Shown here in pieces: positions 31,501 through 43,268 of a stretch of DNA of 64,000 nucleotides. Each line of letters begins with the position of its first letter. Position 1 is the stretch's first letter. Source of the DNA: Macrostomum lignano (taxonomy: Eukaryota). The position numbers and the translations under genes were made by a program. Where the stretch lies: positions 1-64,000 of the forward strand of contig NIVC01002014.1 of assembly GCA_002269645.1 (NCBI GenBank). The letters run 5' to 3'. The notes beneath the pieces are model-generated. The model saw nothing but the letters and a program-made list of their open reading frames with translations, was not told the origin of the DNA and did not search any database.

Positions 31501-31532
31501 GCGAACTCCGCCACCCGATTGTCCTGCTCCAT
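20263..31532 (-). CDS. Anoctamin/TMEM16 paralog A, 16 coding exons
   Basis: Exons 31532-31248, 28956-28821, 28732-28557, 28414-28255, 28145-27785, 25891-25666, 24981-24916, 24662-24492, 24407-24371, 24215-24106, 22444-22302, 22211-21929, 21262-20969, 20713-20633, 20510-20440, 20364-20263. Motifs FAMHD, IRLYFGEKMAFYFAW, MKEFAFRFANNYAALFYIAF, EYLDKMILYG, DLRLDASR..RRP..GLGIW. Start Met inferred by homology to paralog B; a further upstream exon near 31910-31947 is possible. Confidence 0.9.
21306..21617. repeat. 12-bp repeat (gttgcaggtga[t/g]), anoctamin A intron 12
   Basis: Direct reading. Confidence 0.93.
22490..23945. repeat. 18-bp (gcacacaccatgcacata) grading into 21-bp (gcaccacacaccatgcacata) satellite, anoctamin A intron 10
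   Basis: The 21-bp units appear from about 23230. Confidence 0.93.
25971..27167. mobile_element. hAT-like non-autonomous element (MITE) whose interior is a ~26-27 bp minisatellite
   Basis: TIRs CAGGGGCGTAGCTAGG (25971) and CCTGGCTGCGCCCCTG (ends 27167) match 14/16. Flanking 8-mers ccttaagc and ccttcaac match 6/8, consistent with a decayed 8-bp TSD. About 40 copies of cccctcttttccagcaggcttggccc inside. Lies in anoctamin A intron 5. Confidence 0.7.
27400..27740. mobile_element. Decayed fold-back MITE (TCACAA-motif arms)
   Basis: ttcacaaactcaaaatttcacaacgtcaaaa at the left is imperfectly inverted with ttttcaacgttgtgaag...aaatttcgagctcgtga at the right. A similar arm occurs near 48760-48805. 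Confidence 0.4.
28427..28516. repeat. (GTCT)n, anoctamin A intron 3
   Basis: Direct reading. Confidence 0.92.
28995..31180. repeat. 20-bp satellite (ccagtctgacacctgacaca), about 110 copies, with a 40-bp dimer in the left third; anoctamin A intron 1
   Basis: Left part alternates ccagtctgacccctgacaca and ccagtctggcctccgacaca. Confidence 0.94.
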
Positions 31533-32631
31533 GGCTGCTCTGCTCGGGTGCCGTTGCCCTGCCGTCTTTGGTTTCGAATTTGCAGAATTTGTTTTGGCTC
31601 AACGCTCTGCTGCTGGGCTCGCATTTTTAGTTGTTTTGCATTTGAAGTGAAGCCGAAAGTGCTCGCGAATTGTGCCAACTGATGAGGTGAGGGAGTCGGG
31701 CAAGAGGTGGCGTGATGCCCAAGCTGAACAATGACTGCGAGTGCCTCAGTACTCAGGCCAAAGCACAACGAAGACAACTTTCCAACCCCAGTTTTTGTGT
31801 TCAGCTGAGACAAGTGTAATATTGGAGTCGCCTTTTGGCCTTTTATTACGCTAAGATGGCAGTCCTCGCTGCTCGCTCAGCAAGTGTGCAAAGCACAAAA
31901 CAGACTCACCCTGCCTCCTCGCAGCTGCCACAGCGGCCGAAATCATGCTGGAAAAAACAGGAATGGGAGCCACGAGAAAAAGCTCTCAGGTGTGTTGTAA
32001 TGCGCTGGCGTGGCAGAAATTCAGATGCACTTTTCCTGACATTGACTTGCACCGGAACACGCGCTTGGCGCTTTTTACTTTCTCAGAAAGCCAGAGAGCC
32101 GTCCTTCATGCAGGCAGCACTCGGGGCCCTCATGGAGAAACAATGCTCGTCTTCCCTAGCCGCCGTGTAGGTTTCCAGCGGACCCTGCTAGTTATATTGT
32201 CTGTCGAGAGGCTGCCCAAAACTTTTCTTTGTCTGCAACTGCTGACGAGACTCTATTGATTAGAGTTCTAGCGACTCTCCTTTCTGCTAGTGCAAATGGA
32301 AGGCATGACTGCCACTTCCACTAAAGTTAAGGGCGCTTGTATAAACTGTGACTAGTTTTCAAAAACAATGCCGTTCTTGCAAGCTAAAACCTCATCACCA
32401 TAGCAAAAATTTTGCACTTTTTCTTAACACACTCGCTTTTTAGCCGTCTCCGGTGCAACAGGAAAAAGCTCTTCTTTTTCAGTGACAAGGCAACACCGCA
32501 AGCCTCAACGCCGATTGGACGACGCCGCCTACGCGTTAACTTTGTCATCCCAATGCAAGCCTACTGCTCAAAAAGTAATTAAGAATCCCAGCAGGACAAG
32601 AGGTATTCCACACAGACACGGTACCGTCAGA

Positions 32632-33405
32632 ATGCTCACGGAGCTGCTCCTGCTCACCCTGTTCACAGCGGGCGACAGCCTGTGCCCGAACCGCACCGTC
32701 TTCACTCACAGGCTCATCCGGTTTTGCCTGAAACCGCAGTTCCTGTTCGAGCCGAGTTACCCGGCCCGCAGCGAGAAGCTCTGCGCGCTATTCTGCGTGG
32801 AGAGAGGCGACCGGTGCCGCGGCTTCCGGCTGACAACTGAGAGCGCCTCCGGCTGCCAGACCTTCGAGTTCGACAGGTGCAGCCACAGAGTCAACCAGAA
32901 CTCGCCCTGCACCCGCTCTGAGTGGGCTTTCGTGAGGCAGCAGCCGGGCCTGCCTGAGGGCCAGCTCTGCCCTGCCGGCTTCGCCAACGGTTTCTCCGGC
33001 TCCGTCTACAAGATGGTCGGCGTGTCGAGCTGGACGGACGGCCTCAACAAGTGCAACTCGGAGCCCGGACTCGTCAAGTTCGCTGACGCAGGCGACAGGC
33101 CGGAAGTTGAGCACATCGGTACTTTCAAGTCCACCCTCAATGGAGACCTGAGCTCGTGGATGCGCAGCTTCTACCTGGGCGGTTACCGGCCTTCCCCGCT
33201 CAGCTCCGGCACCTGGTACTGGCGCGACTGCAACGCCACCATCCAGCCCGAGGCGTGGGGCAGCGGCGAGCCGAATGAGAACGGTCTGCACAACCGGACG
33301 AACATTTGGTACGGTTACTCCAGCAGCTTCGGCCTGGACGACGAAGTGGAGTCCGGAGCCTCTTGGGTCAGAGCTCTGTGCGAGTGCGTGAACCCATTCG
33401 ACTAG
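32632..33405 (+). CDS. Secreted PAN/Apple-like + C-type lectin-like protein 1 (intronless, 257 aa, EPN motif)
   Basis: Signal-peptide-like MLTELLLLTLFTAG; PAN-like Cys pattern CALFC...CRGFRL...CQTF; CTLD features SWTDGLNKC, FYLGG, WYW, WGSGEPN, ALCE. Confidence 0.85.
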   Translation: MLTELLLLTLFTAGDSLCPNRTVFTHRLIRFCLKPQFLFEPSYPARSEKLCALFCVERGDRCRGFRLTTESASGCQTFEFDRCSHRVNQNSPCTRSEWAFVRQQPGLPEGQLCPAGFANGFSGSVYKMVGVSSWTDGLNKCNSEPGLVKFADAGDRPEVEHIGTFKSTLNGDLSSWMRSFYLGGYRPSPLSSGTWYWRDCNATIQPEAWGSGEPNENGLHNRTNIWYGYSSSFGLDDEVESGASWVRALCECVNPFD

Positions 33406-33944
33406 GATATGACCGCCTTGGGAGCTCTGCGGATCTCCGGTGCCCAGGCCTATCAAATACGCAGATTTGTGTCAAATGAGTTTTTAAAAAAGCAAAATGC
33501 CTTTTACACCCAACAATTACACAGATAAACAGATATTCTGACTCAAAATCGGTTTCTGAAGATTGCATCCAGCATCGTACCAAAGTCAATTCAATATCAA
33601 ATTTGTGATTGTTTTCACAGTGCCTGTTTAGATCTGCTTGCCTCAATAAATACTGTACTCAATGAATACAGTGCCAATTTACTGTCGTGACAGGACCAGG
33701 TTCGAACCTGCGCCTCTCGTGCCAATTAACTTGACTTTGTCTCGCTGGTTGGATCTCTTCCGTAAATTTTTGCGCATAGGTAACCGTAAATCTTGGAATG
33801 AACCTCCTAGCAGAGCCGGGCTGCGTCAGTGTGCCAGCCGACTTCACAGTGTTCTGGGATTTTGAATAAAAGGGAATTTCTCTCTCTCTGGCCAGAGCTT
33901 TGGTGATGGCTTCTCCGAAATTGTTGCTAATTTCACGTGGCCTA

Positions 33945-34467
33945 GTTTAGTTTAGTTAGTTTTAGTTTAGTTTAATTTAGTTAAGTTTAGTTTGTTTTAG
34001 TTTAGTTTAATTTAGTTAAGTTTAGTTTGTTTTAGTTTAGTTTAATTTAGTTAAGTTTAGTTTGTTTTAGTTTAGTTTAATTTAGTTAAGTTTAGTTTGT
34101 TTTAGTTTAGTTTAATTTAGGTAAGTTTAGTTTGTTTTAGTTTAGTTTAATTTAGTTAAGTTTAGTTTGTTTTAGTTTAATTTAGTTTAGTTTAGTTTGG
34201 ATTATTTTAGCTTAGTTCAATTTCGTTCATTCAGTTTAGTTTAGTTTAGTTTAATTTAACTTAGTTTAGTTTAGCTTAGTTTAGTTTGTTTTAGTTTAGT
34301 TTAGTTTAATTTAACTTAGTTTAGTTTAGCTTAGTTTAGTTTGTTTTAGTTTAGTTTAGTTTAGTTTAGTTTAGTTTAGTTTAGCTTAGTTTAGTTTGTT
34401 TTAGTTTAGTTTAGTTTAGTTTAGTTTAGTTTAGTTTAGTTTGTTTTAGTTTAGTTTAGTTTAGTTA
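33945..34467. repeat. (TTTAG)n with a 35-bp higher-order unit
   Basis: tttagtttagtttaatttagttaagtttagtttgt repeated, then simpler pentamers. Confidence 0.92.
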
Positions 34468-34625
34468 CTAGACCAACCACAGTAGCTCAGATTAGTTAGG
34501 CAAAATAGCGTGTTCGTCCCAGTTTTACTACTAACTGAAGCCGCATTGACTTGTGCTAGTAGTGATGAGTGAATATTATGGTCTTGGTTTTTCTATGATA
34601 TTCTGGCCTTCCAGTCTTCCCATCT

Positions 34626-34935
34626 TGCAACTCAGAGACCGGACTCGCCAAGTTCGCCCACGAAATCGACAGGCCGGAGGTCGATCACATGCACACTCTG
34701 AGAAATTTCTCCAATGTAGACCTGAGTTTTACGATGCGCGACTTCTACATTGGCTGTTACCGGCCGCACGAAGGCGACTCGCACAACAGGAATGTCTTCA
34801 CTGTGAGGTTTACTTCGGATTTAAAAAAAATTGGGACTTTAACCGGAAATGCGTGGACGACGATCAAGTGCATAAACAGTCGGTGGTTGAATGTTATGTG
34901 TCCGAGTGCTCCTTTTGGTCTCCGCGAAACTAATT
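34626..34935 (+). pseudogene. 5'-truncated C-type lectin fragment most similar to paralog 2
   Basis: tgcaactcagagaccggactcgccaagttc... encodes PGLAKFAHEIDRPEVDHMHTLRNFSNVDL..RDFYIGCYRP. It then jumps to EGDSHNR, deleting the SPLSSG..QP segment. Later remnants gcgtggacgacga and tccgagtgc. No start codon, signal peptide or PAN part. Confidence 0.8.
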
Positions 34936-35172
34936 GCCAGGCACTTCGCTTCGACATCGATAAATTGGTAAAGATTTAACTGTGGCCTGTTAGCAAAACT
35001 ATTTTAAAATACGAGTATATACAGTCCCTAGCAAACTCTGCACTGCTATGCGTCCGTTGTCCGACAAACGAATGCACTTGCTGCGATTTGATGGAGCTTT
35101 TCTGTGAACACCTGCACTTGAAGTAGTTCATTAGCGGTTTGCTATTACTGGTCAATGCTAATCATAAGAGTT

Positions 35173-35449
<277 letters not shown>

Positions 35450-36159
35450 GAACACAATATTCGATATGTTATGCCGAATTCTTACGTTGAGCCGCTCGGA
35501 GTTAGGCAATGTCATTTTAAGCACCGTGTTTTCCGTCCACTGCCTCTTTTTGGATGCAGATTCGCGCTCCTAGCAACGGCAGGAGTTCTAAGCAATCAAA
35601 ATATGGGATACAATTTCCAAATTGTACACAGGAACTGGAAATATTTGAAGGTTGCTAAGTGGAAGGATCAGAGCTAGTCGAGGGGTGTGAAATGACTCGT
35701 ACATTGGTTGGGTTTGAAGTGCTTGAAGGGGCAAGAGAAGCACTGCAATCCTGCCACCGTCTGTCCCACTCGCTCTGCCCTACGACAGATGTGCATCTCT
35801 GCTTGTTGGCCGGACCCCTCGGTTGTCAAGCAAATCTCGGCACATACTCCGCCTCAACGACCTGTCAACCGAATCGTCTTGCTTGGTTGGCTTCGTCTGT
35901 AGTACGAGACCAGCTGTGCTATACAATATGCGTTCGTGCGGCCTAACAGAATGATTGACAGATTTGAAGTTACCTGAGAGTGTGTATCTAGATAATTAAA
36001 TATGTGATTTAATTTTTCTTCAATAAATTTTCAAACATTACTTATTAGCATAATGGAAGGTTAATATCAAGCGAGAATTCAATTTAATGGCCAAGGTCGC
36101 AAGTGCGCATAGCCAGTAAAGCCAGCTTATCTGAACTAGCATCCAATTTTTGGCCGGGA

Positions 36160-36410
36160 CTGCATCGAGGCCAAGTACGTTTCAAGATTCGTTTTCATAA
36201 AATCGTGCAAGAGATGCGCCGCGGACTGCAATTTATTGAGTTGTCTTCACAACGATGGGTGGACACTGCAGACTGTTTTTGTTCGACAAGTGCAGCACGA
36301 AGGGGTGCGCAAGTGCAGCTGCAATCGCGTCGCCAAGCTGTACGTGAGGCGACAGCCGGGCTTGCGACCGGGCGCCTTGTGTCCGGCCGACTTCCATCTC
36401 GAAAGGTGCG
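36160..36410 (+). pseudogene. Diverged, frameshifted PAN-domain part of a lectin-family paralog
   Basis: Pieces in different frames: RDCIEAKYV (cf. RFCLKPQFL), GHCRLFLFDKCS (cf. GCQTFEFDRCS), LYVRRQPGLRPGALCPADF (cf. AFVRQQPGLPEGQLCPAGF). Confidence 0.6.
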
Positions 36411-37159
36411 CTTTTGTTTCGTTTAGCGTTCTTCAGTGTCTTTTGGGTTGCCTGTCTGCCAGCCATCGATAAAGAAGTGTTCCCGCTTTGCTGAACCTTG
36501 TTCGAACATTGAGTACGCAAGGACACAGTCACATAAGGTGCACTTCTGCCCTCGGTGCTTGTCACTGATCTTGTGGTTTTGGGCTGGTTCGAATGACCGG
36601 CCCCCGAGTAATATTCCTGCAACACGGGCAGCTCAGCCGAAGACGCGGGCTACCCTCCGAGCAGAGCGCGCACAATCGATCTCGAAAGACCGTCTCTCGT
36701 ATTGTTTCAAACCCGAGTTGCGAGTTTTTTGAAGGGTTTGGACCGGCCTGACAAATTGTTCTGCGAGCCTGCCTTTTCCATTCAGATTTCTAACTCATCC
36801 CCATCATTTGTAAATGCGGCAATGCTAAAAACGTTAGTAAAGCCGGGGCCATCAACCATGTCAAGACAATCCGAGAGGACTTGGTCCAGTGGTTGTCAGA
36901 GTCGGCGTATAGCATTAGTGCTCAGTCCTGGAGAGTGGATAGGAACGGCTGGTGCAACGGAGCGGCAAGAAGAGTACAAAATGACAAGAAGCAGAATTTT
37001 CTGTTTCAAGCGCTACCATGCCTGACGCCGGCTCCGAGCGTCCGCAGACCTGCGCTGTCGATGGCTTCCTTGCTTCAGCTCAGGGGAGCTGCTGAAAACA
37101 ATGCAAGCAATTGTGTTGTTTTGCGCCGGTAAAAACACTCAACTCAACCACGCCCTCAA

Positions 37160-37910
37160 ACCCTCTGGCTACTCAAATCCTCTGGCTACTCGAACCATCT
37201 CGCTACTCAAACCCTCTGGCTACTCAAACCCTCTGGCTACTCAAACCATCTGGCTACTCAAACCATCTGGCTACTCAAACCCTCTGGCTACTCAAACCCT
37301 CTGGCTACTCAAACCCTTTGGCTACTCAAACCATCTCCCTACTCGAACCATCTGGCTACTCAAACCATCTGGCTACTCAAACCCTCTGGCTACTCAAACC
37401 CTCTGGCTACTCAAACCCTTTGGCTACTCAAACCATCTCCCTACTCGAACCATCTGGCTACTCAAACCATCTGGCTACTCAAACCCTCTGGCTACTCAAA
37501 CCCTCTGGCTACTCAAACCATCTGGCTACTCAAACCATCTGGCTACTCAAACCCTCTGGCTACTCAAACCCTCTGGCTACTCAAACCCTTTGGCTACTCA
37601 AACCATCTCCCTACTCGAACCATCTGGCTACTCAAACCATCTGGCTACTCAAACCCTCTGGCTACTCAAACCCTCTGGCTACTCAAACCCTTTGGCTACT
37701 CAAACCATCTCCCTACTCGAACCATCTGGCTACTCAAACCATCTGGCTACTCAAACCCTCTGGCTACTCAAACCCTCTGGCTACTCAAACCATCTGGCTA
37801 CTCAAACCATCTGGCTACTCAAACCCTCTGGCTACTCAAACCCTCTGGCTACTCAAACCCTTTGGCTACTCAAACCATCTCCCTACTCGAACCATCTGGC
37901 TACTCAGACC
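37160..37910. repeat. 17-bp satellite (tggctactcaaacc[c/a]tc) with a 272-bp higher-order period
   Basis: The variant tccctactcgaa recurs at 37336, 37438, 37608, 37710, 37880. Confidence 0.92.
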
Positions 37911-38467
37911 ATCTTGATGCTCAGACCATTTCGCTACTCAGACTATGAACATTTTGTCTCCTAAGGTGGCAGCCCGAATGTTCGATAGCTGACGAGAGGG
38001 CTGGGAACGGCACCTCTGGATTGCCTCCAGTTTGAGCAGTTCACACAGACTTAGCAATGCTAAGCGTTATTGACGTTTCAGTGCTCGAGTCAGTGACGCG
38101 GGGGCAAGGGGTGCTAATAGCAACCGCTGCAGAAGAATTTAGCGGAAGCACGATCGAATTACCTGTGACATCCGGACCGAGGAAGCCTGGCAGAGGCTTG
38201 CAAAAAGATTGCCTGACAATTGTGCTAACAGCAGTGCAGATGCAGACAGCGTTTTCTTTTGGCTAGATTCAGGAATGCCGGTTTGTCTGAGACATTTTTT
38301 CAAGTTTTTGAATGGGCCCTAAAGTTCAGATTTCAAACGCAGTGGGAACAGCAGCTTAGTGGCGCGAATAAATCTGCTTCAAACGCTAAAAGGAGTTCTC
38401 AAGTAACTTGCAATCCCAGCATGGGTGCTCGCTCGGGTAGCCTTTTGTTTTGTTAGGCCTGTTCGGC

Positions 38468-38787
38468 CGTCTGAGGTTTTACCTGACCGGCGTTGTGTTC
38501 CAGGTGGTTGTCGAGACCGCCCTGCTTTACAATGTCAAAACCTGAACACTGATGGACTGTTTAATCCGATCCGTTCAAACGACCTGTTGCGCGGTCGGCG
38601 ACTCCCTCTGGCAAAACCATTCTGTGCAGGAGGCGCTGCTGCTGACGCTGCAGGCACCCACCGACGGGAACAAGCGCACTTGGCGCTTCGTCGACTGACT
38701 GCTACCCGACATCCGCATTCGATCCGCCCCAGCCTATGCTCGGGCCCTAGCCAGAGACGGCTTCCGTTTTTCTAAAGACCTCGACTA
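38468..38787 (+). mobile_element. Decayed 3' fragment of an RTE-like non-LTR retrotransposon ORF
   Basis: Frame with stops reads VFQVVVETALLYNVKT*TL...SVQEALLLTLQAP..KRTWRFVD*LL.D. This resembles the post-RT LLY.AE.WTL region of RTE-clade LINEs, as recalled from memory. Confidence 0.5.
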
Positions 38788-39284
38788 AACAGCGTAGTTT
38801 GTTGCGCTGTTTCTGTTGTCGTTGCATTCACTGATTAAATGCACAATAGGTGTCACCACAATGCCTTCAATACGAGCGTAGTCGGGGTTTTGAGTGCTTG
38901 AACCCAAACACAACTGTCCTAGCCGTTGTGGAGTAACACAAATTCCCATCACTCAGCATGTGTATTGAGATGCTTAGCACAAGAGCACTGGACTGACTAA
39001 ATAGCCTGAACGGTGTTTCGCGAAAACTGACTGCAGAATTATTTACGTGCGCACCTATCTATTTTATTCTACTATTAGGTCGAGGGTGAATAATATCACA
39101 CAAATGCTTTCAGATTGACGCCAGACTTTGGCTCATCGAGCGTCATGCTGATATCCGCTGCAGCAGCTGTCAAATTGCAAATGCAATAGCTCAAAACAAG
39201 AACGCCGAAAATACTGAAAAACCGACAGACAGTCATTGTTTTGCGAATGTTTGGGCCAAGTCACCTAGCACGGAGCAAGTCGTT

Positions 39285-39331
39285 TATTGGCTTTTGCAAA
39301 ACGCAGCCCTGCATTATAAAGACAACCGCCC
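39285..39331 (+). promoter_or_regulatory. Core promoter of lectin 2 (inverted CCAAT, TATA, CCGCCCAG)
   Basis: ATTGGCTTT ... TATAAAGA (39315) .. CCGCCCAG, with the TATA 50 nt upstream of the ATG. The same three motifs occur in the same order before lectin 3. Confidence 0.6.
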
Positions 39332-39364
39332 AGCTGCTGCAGAGCCCCACTTCAACCCGAAAGC

Positions 39365-40138
39365 ATGTCTTACTGGACGGTGCTTCTCTTCTGCCTGCTT
39401 GCGTCCTGGAGCGCTGCCGTAGCTGAGCTCAGCGTCCAGCAGTTCACAAAGCACTTTATTCGGCTGTGCCTGAGGCCCGAGTTTCTCCGCAACACCCCGC
39501 TGGCCGACCCCAGCAATATAGAGTGCGGCATGGTCTGCCTCAACCGCGGCGTCCGATGCCGCGGCTTCCGACTGACTGGCGACGACGGCTCCGTCTGCCA
39601 GACGATGGAGTTCGACAGGTGCAGCCACATGCCGAACGAGGCCGGCTGCGACCGCTCCGGTTGGGCCTTCGTGAGGAGCCTGGAGGGCCTGCCGAACGGC
39701 CGGCTGTGCCCTGCCGACTTCGCCAACGGCTATCGCAGCTCCGTCTACAAGATGGTCGACGTGTCGAGCTGGACGGACGGCCTCAACAAGTGCAACTCGG
39801 AGCCCGGACTCGCCAAGTTCGCCGACGGAATCGACAGGCTGGAGGTCGATCACATGCACACTCTGAAAAATATCTCCAATGTAGACCTTGTTTATTGGAA
39901 GCGCAGTTTTTACCTGGGCGGTTACCGGCCTTCCCCGCTCAGCTCCGGCACCTGGTACTGGCACGACTGCAACGCCACGCTGGCGCCCGAAGTTTGGAGC
40001 ATAGGTCAGCCGAACCAAGGCGACTCGTACGACAGGATTAACGTCTGGCACGGCCATCCATACGGCGTGGACGACGAGGTGGAGTCGTCGAGCTACCTGA
40101 TCCGAGCTCTGTGCGAGTGCATCGATCCGTTTGCCTGA
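39365..40138 (+). CDS. Secreted PAN/Apple-like + C-type lectin-like protein 2 (intronless, 257 aa, QPN motif)
   Basis: Hydrophobic leader MSYWTVLLFCLLASWSAA; collinear with paralog 1; TATA box at 39315. Confidence 0.88.
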   Translation: MSYWTVLLFCLLASWSAAVAELSVQQFTKHFIRLCLRPEFLRNTPLADPSNIECGMVCLNRGVRCRGFRLTGDDGSVCQTMEFDRCSHMPNEAGCDRSGWAFVRSLEGLPNGRLCPADFANGYRSSVYKMVDVSSWTDGLNKCNSEPGLAKFADGIDRLEVDHMHTLKNISNVDLVYWKRSFYLGGYRPSPLSSGTWYWHDCNATLAPEVWSIGQPNQGDSYDRINVWHGHPYGVDDEVESSSYLIRALCECIDPFA

Positions 40139-42227
40139 AGCTGCTCGGAAGCCGGAGGAAGAAATCTTCTGACTTTGATTAAAGACTACAGAGTACAGAC
40201 TACAGTGCGAAGTCATCAGTAGAACTAGCTGCTGTTAACTGAGTGTGCACCAGTTTGTACCAGTTTGAAATACACAGACGCTGGCATTGACGTTCGAAGG
40301 TTGCCCCAATTATTTGTCTAGGAATCTTATTGAATATACGAGCCGTACATGGCTGCCCGACCTGGGCTGCAGAAAACTAACGTCTACTTTATACTTGGCC
40401 TGCTCCGTGGGCCTCAGTGTAAAGTATGTTAACCCAGCCCCCTCCCTTACGCCTTGCTCCTCTCCGCGGCGCCCTCTCTGCCGTGTGCTATGGTATTCTT
40501 AGACCCCTTTTCAAGCTTGGCCTTTGCTCTGCGTTTGCGGAGCTGGCCTAGTGTGAAGTAGACATTAATCCACAACCCCATAAGTAGAGACAGAAAGACA
40601 AAGGTGGCGGGATGGCGGCGAGCACAAGCAGCGACGAGTAGGGGAGGGCGACCCCAGAGAAAACGGGGAAGGAGAGGAACCAAAGGTTAGTTAATCGAAG
40701 CAGCAATCTGCTTGACGGCAGGGTGCCTGTGTTGTGCTACAGGCCGGATCACTACCCTGACTATCACAGCGAACGAGCCAAAGATGGCGTCAGTCAACTG
40801 GCCGGACTGACTTCGGACTCTGAGCGGGGGATCGCGTCAGGAGACTTAATCAGCCCGTCCCTATTGCACAGATTAATTCTCGCCAGTCCCTCAAATAAGA
40901 AAGACACGCGACTCACTCTGTTTCTTCGGGTAACAGCGGTGGCGGCAGCAGGGGTGGCTTCTCTCAATGTTCTCTCTTCAGTCTATAGAATAGACAGGTA
41001 TCTAGATTGCAGTATTAGGCGACTTATGGCTGTGACTTGCACAATTCAACCAAGGAAAGAGATGCCTCCCCTACTGCCGCTCCTGCATATATTTATATGT
41101 GCTAGCTGGTTAAGCCCTGGGGTATCGCTACCCCAGGTCCAGCTAGCCAAAATTACGATTGTCTTATCCAACAGGGAAAAAGTTACAAGTCGGGGTCGCG
41201 ATTGGAGGGAGAGGAAACAAACAGATTGGCTGGACCACCAGCCAATCGCAGGGTAAGCGAGGGGGCGCACTGGGGCCGCAGCCAGCCAAAGCCGGCTGGC
41301 CTAACAGGCAGTGGGGTGGGTGCAACTGGAGGGGGGTTGACGCAGACAGAATGGGGGGGTTGACGCAGACAGATGGGGGTTTGACGCAAACAGAATGGGG
41401 GGTTGGCGCAGGCACGCGGCCGGGGGGTGGGAGTGCAGTGCCGGGCACACTTGACTGAGAGCCAGAGATTGCTCATCGGTGCAAGTGCACCCGGGCACAC
41501 ACCTGTGAGTAAAATCTACATCGCCCGAAAGATAGCGAAAGATGGAGTCGGAGTGCCAGTCACAAAGGCAGCGAATGTCGCCTTTACGCAGACTGTGACC
41601 TGAGAAATTGCCCCACAGGGATGCCGCAGGTCGGCATGCCTCCGCTTGAACAGACGGATGAAGGTCGAGTCAGCCAACGAGACTCTGCGGGGCATTGCGG
41701 AAGGAAGACCAGCAGCTGGCGCTCCTTGAACTGGTTGGTCTTGGACTTGTCGATGGTCAGGCTGCCGGGCTAGGTAGTCCGCGCACTGACAGAAAAAGTT
41801 CACGAGCTCATGCGTTGAGCTAAGCATTTGTGATGCCTAGTCGCTAATCAGCTGCATGTGACTGTGAAGGTGAAACGCCTGCAACTGGATCCCAGACTCG
41901 AGGCACAGGAAGGCCAGTGGGGTTGCGGGTTGATGTGGCTGGTGGGTTTGCGGGTTAGTGTGGCTGGTGGGTTTGCGGGTTAGTGTGGCTGGTAGGGTTG
42001 CGGATTAATGTGTGCATCTGCACTCAAACTCACCCCAACCCAAGTAGATGATTGATGCACTATTATGTCAGATGGCCAACTTAGACGTGGCTGACTGTGA
42101 TTCACGACTCCTTTTGTGCACTTCCTGTGACATTTGTGCCACGGACATTATGAACTTTTCCTGTTTTCTGTATGTACCCTCTCCCCTTGTTTGAATCCCT
42201 GCGTGTCTGTCTGGTTCCTCATCTATA

Positions 42228-42600
<373 letters not shown>

Positions 42601-43061
42601 GTGTGACTCACCCTATTGTCTGTATCTCTCCACTGGCTATGTTCGTTCCACTGCCTTCCCTCTAAAAAACTCGGGGCGTACCCACCGGACCGTCCTATAA
42701 ATGTGCCTCTCACTCCGCTTGGGAAGGGCACCTCTTTTCCGGTATCTCTCTGCAATTCTCAGTTCAGCAGAGCAAGCTATTTTGTGCTACAAGCCAGCCT
42801 TTGCCTTTCAAATTATTACACTTCCTAACTGGCTTCGCGTCATTTCAGGAGCTGTGGGATGCTGGCCTTTCATTGGCAGATGGAGGTCTTCTTCTTTCCC
42901 ATTATCACCCGGAAGCAGGGGGATCCTAAAACGTCAGCATCCCGGGCACACACGTTGGTGCCTGGCAATGTTCGTTGCGGCAACCGTCCAACCGTCCATG
43001 AATCGAACCGACCGTTCAATCCGTCCAGCGGACGCAACCGTCTCATATCTTTGTCTTTCTT

Positions 43062-43268
43062 GGGGGGGGGGGGCATCACAAACCCGAAACATCACAAACT
43101 CGAAATATCACAAACCAGAAGAATCATAACTCCGAAAATGCTAGCAATGTTTAATGCTTTTTTGGTTTTCAGAGTTATGATATTTCGGGTTTGTGATATT
43201 TCAGGTTTATGGTGTAAATGCTTTTCGAAGTTGTGATTTCTCGGGTTTGTGAATTGTGATGCCCCCAA
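43062..43268. mobile_element. Fold-back MITE with subrepeated terminal inverted repeats
   Basis: Left end gggggcatcacaaacccgaaac.. (preceded by tt and a longer G run) and right end ..gtgatgcccccaa are inverted. Each arm is built from ~16-17 bp atcacaaacccgaaat units. Confidence 0.65.

Noticed and set aside
40447-40683. Type II membrane protein exon (FVFLSLLMGLWINVYF + basic tail)
   Set aside because: The hydrophobicity can be explained by a pyrimidine-rich tract, and no continuing exons or family motif were found.
41590-41800. hAT transposase remnant (SLTIDKSKTNQFKERQLLVFL, minus strand)
   Set aside because: Only about 20 residues loosely resemble the first catalytic-Asp strand, with no further motifs or TIRs. 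An HMM search is needed.
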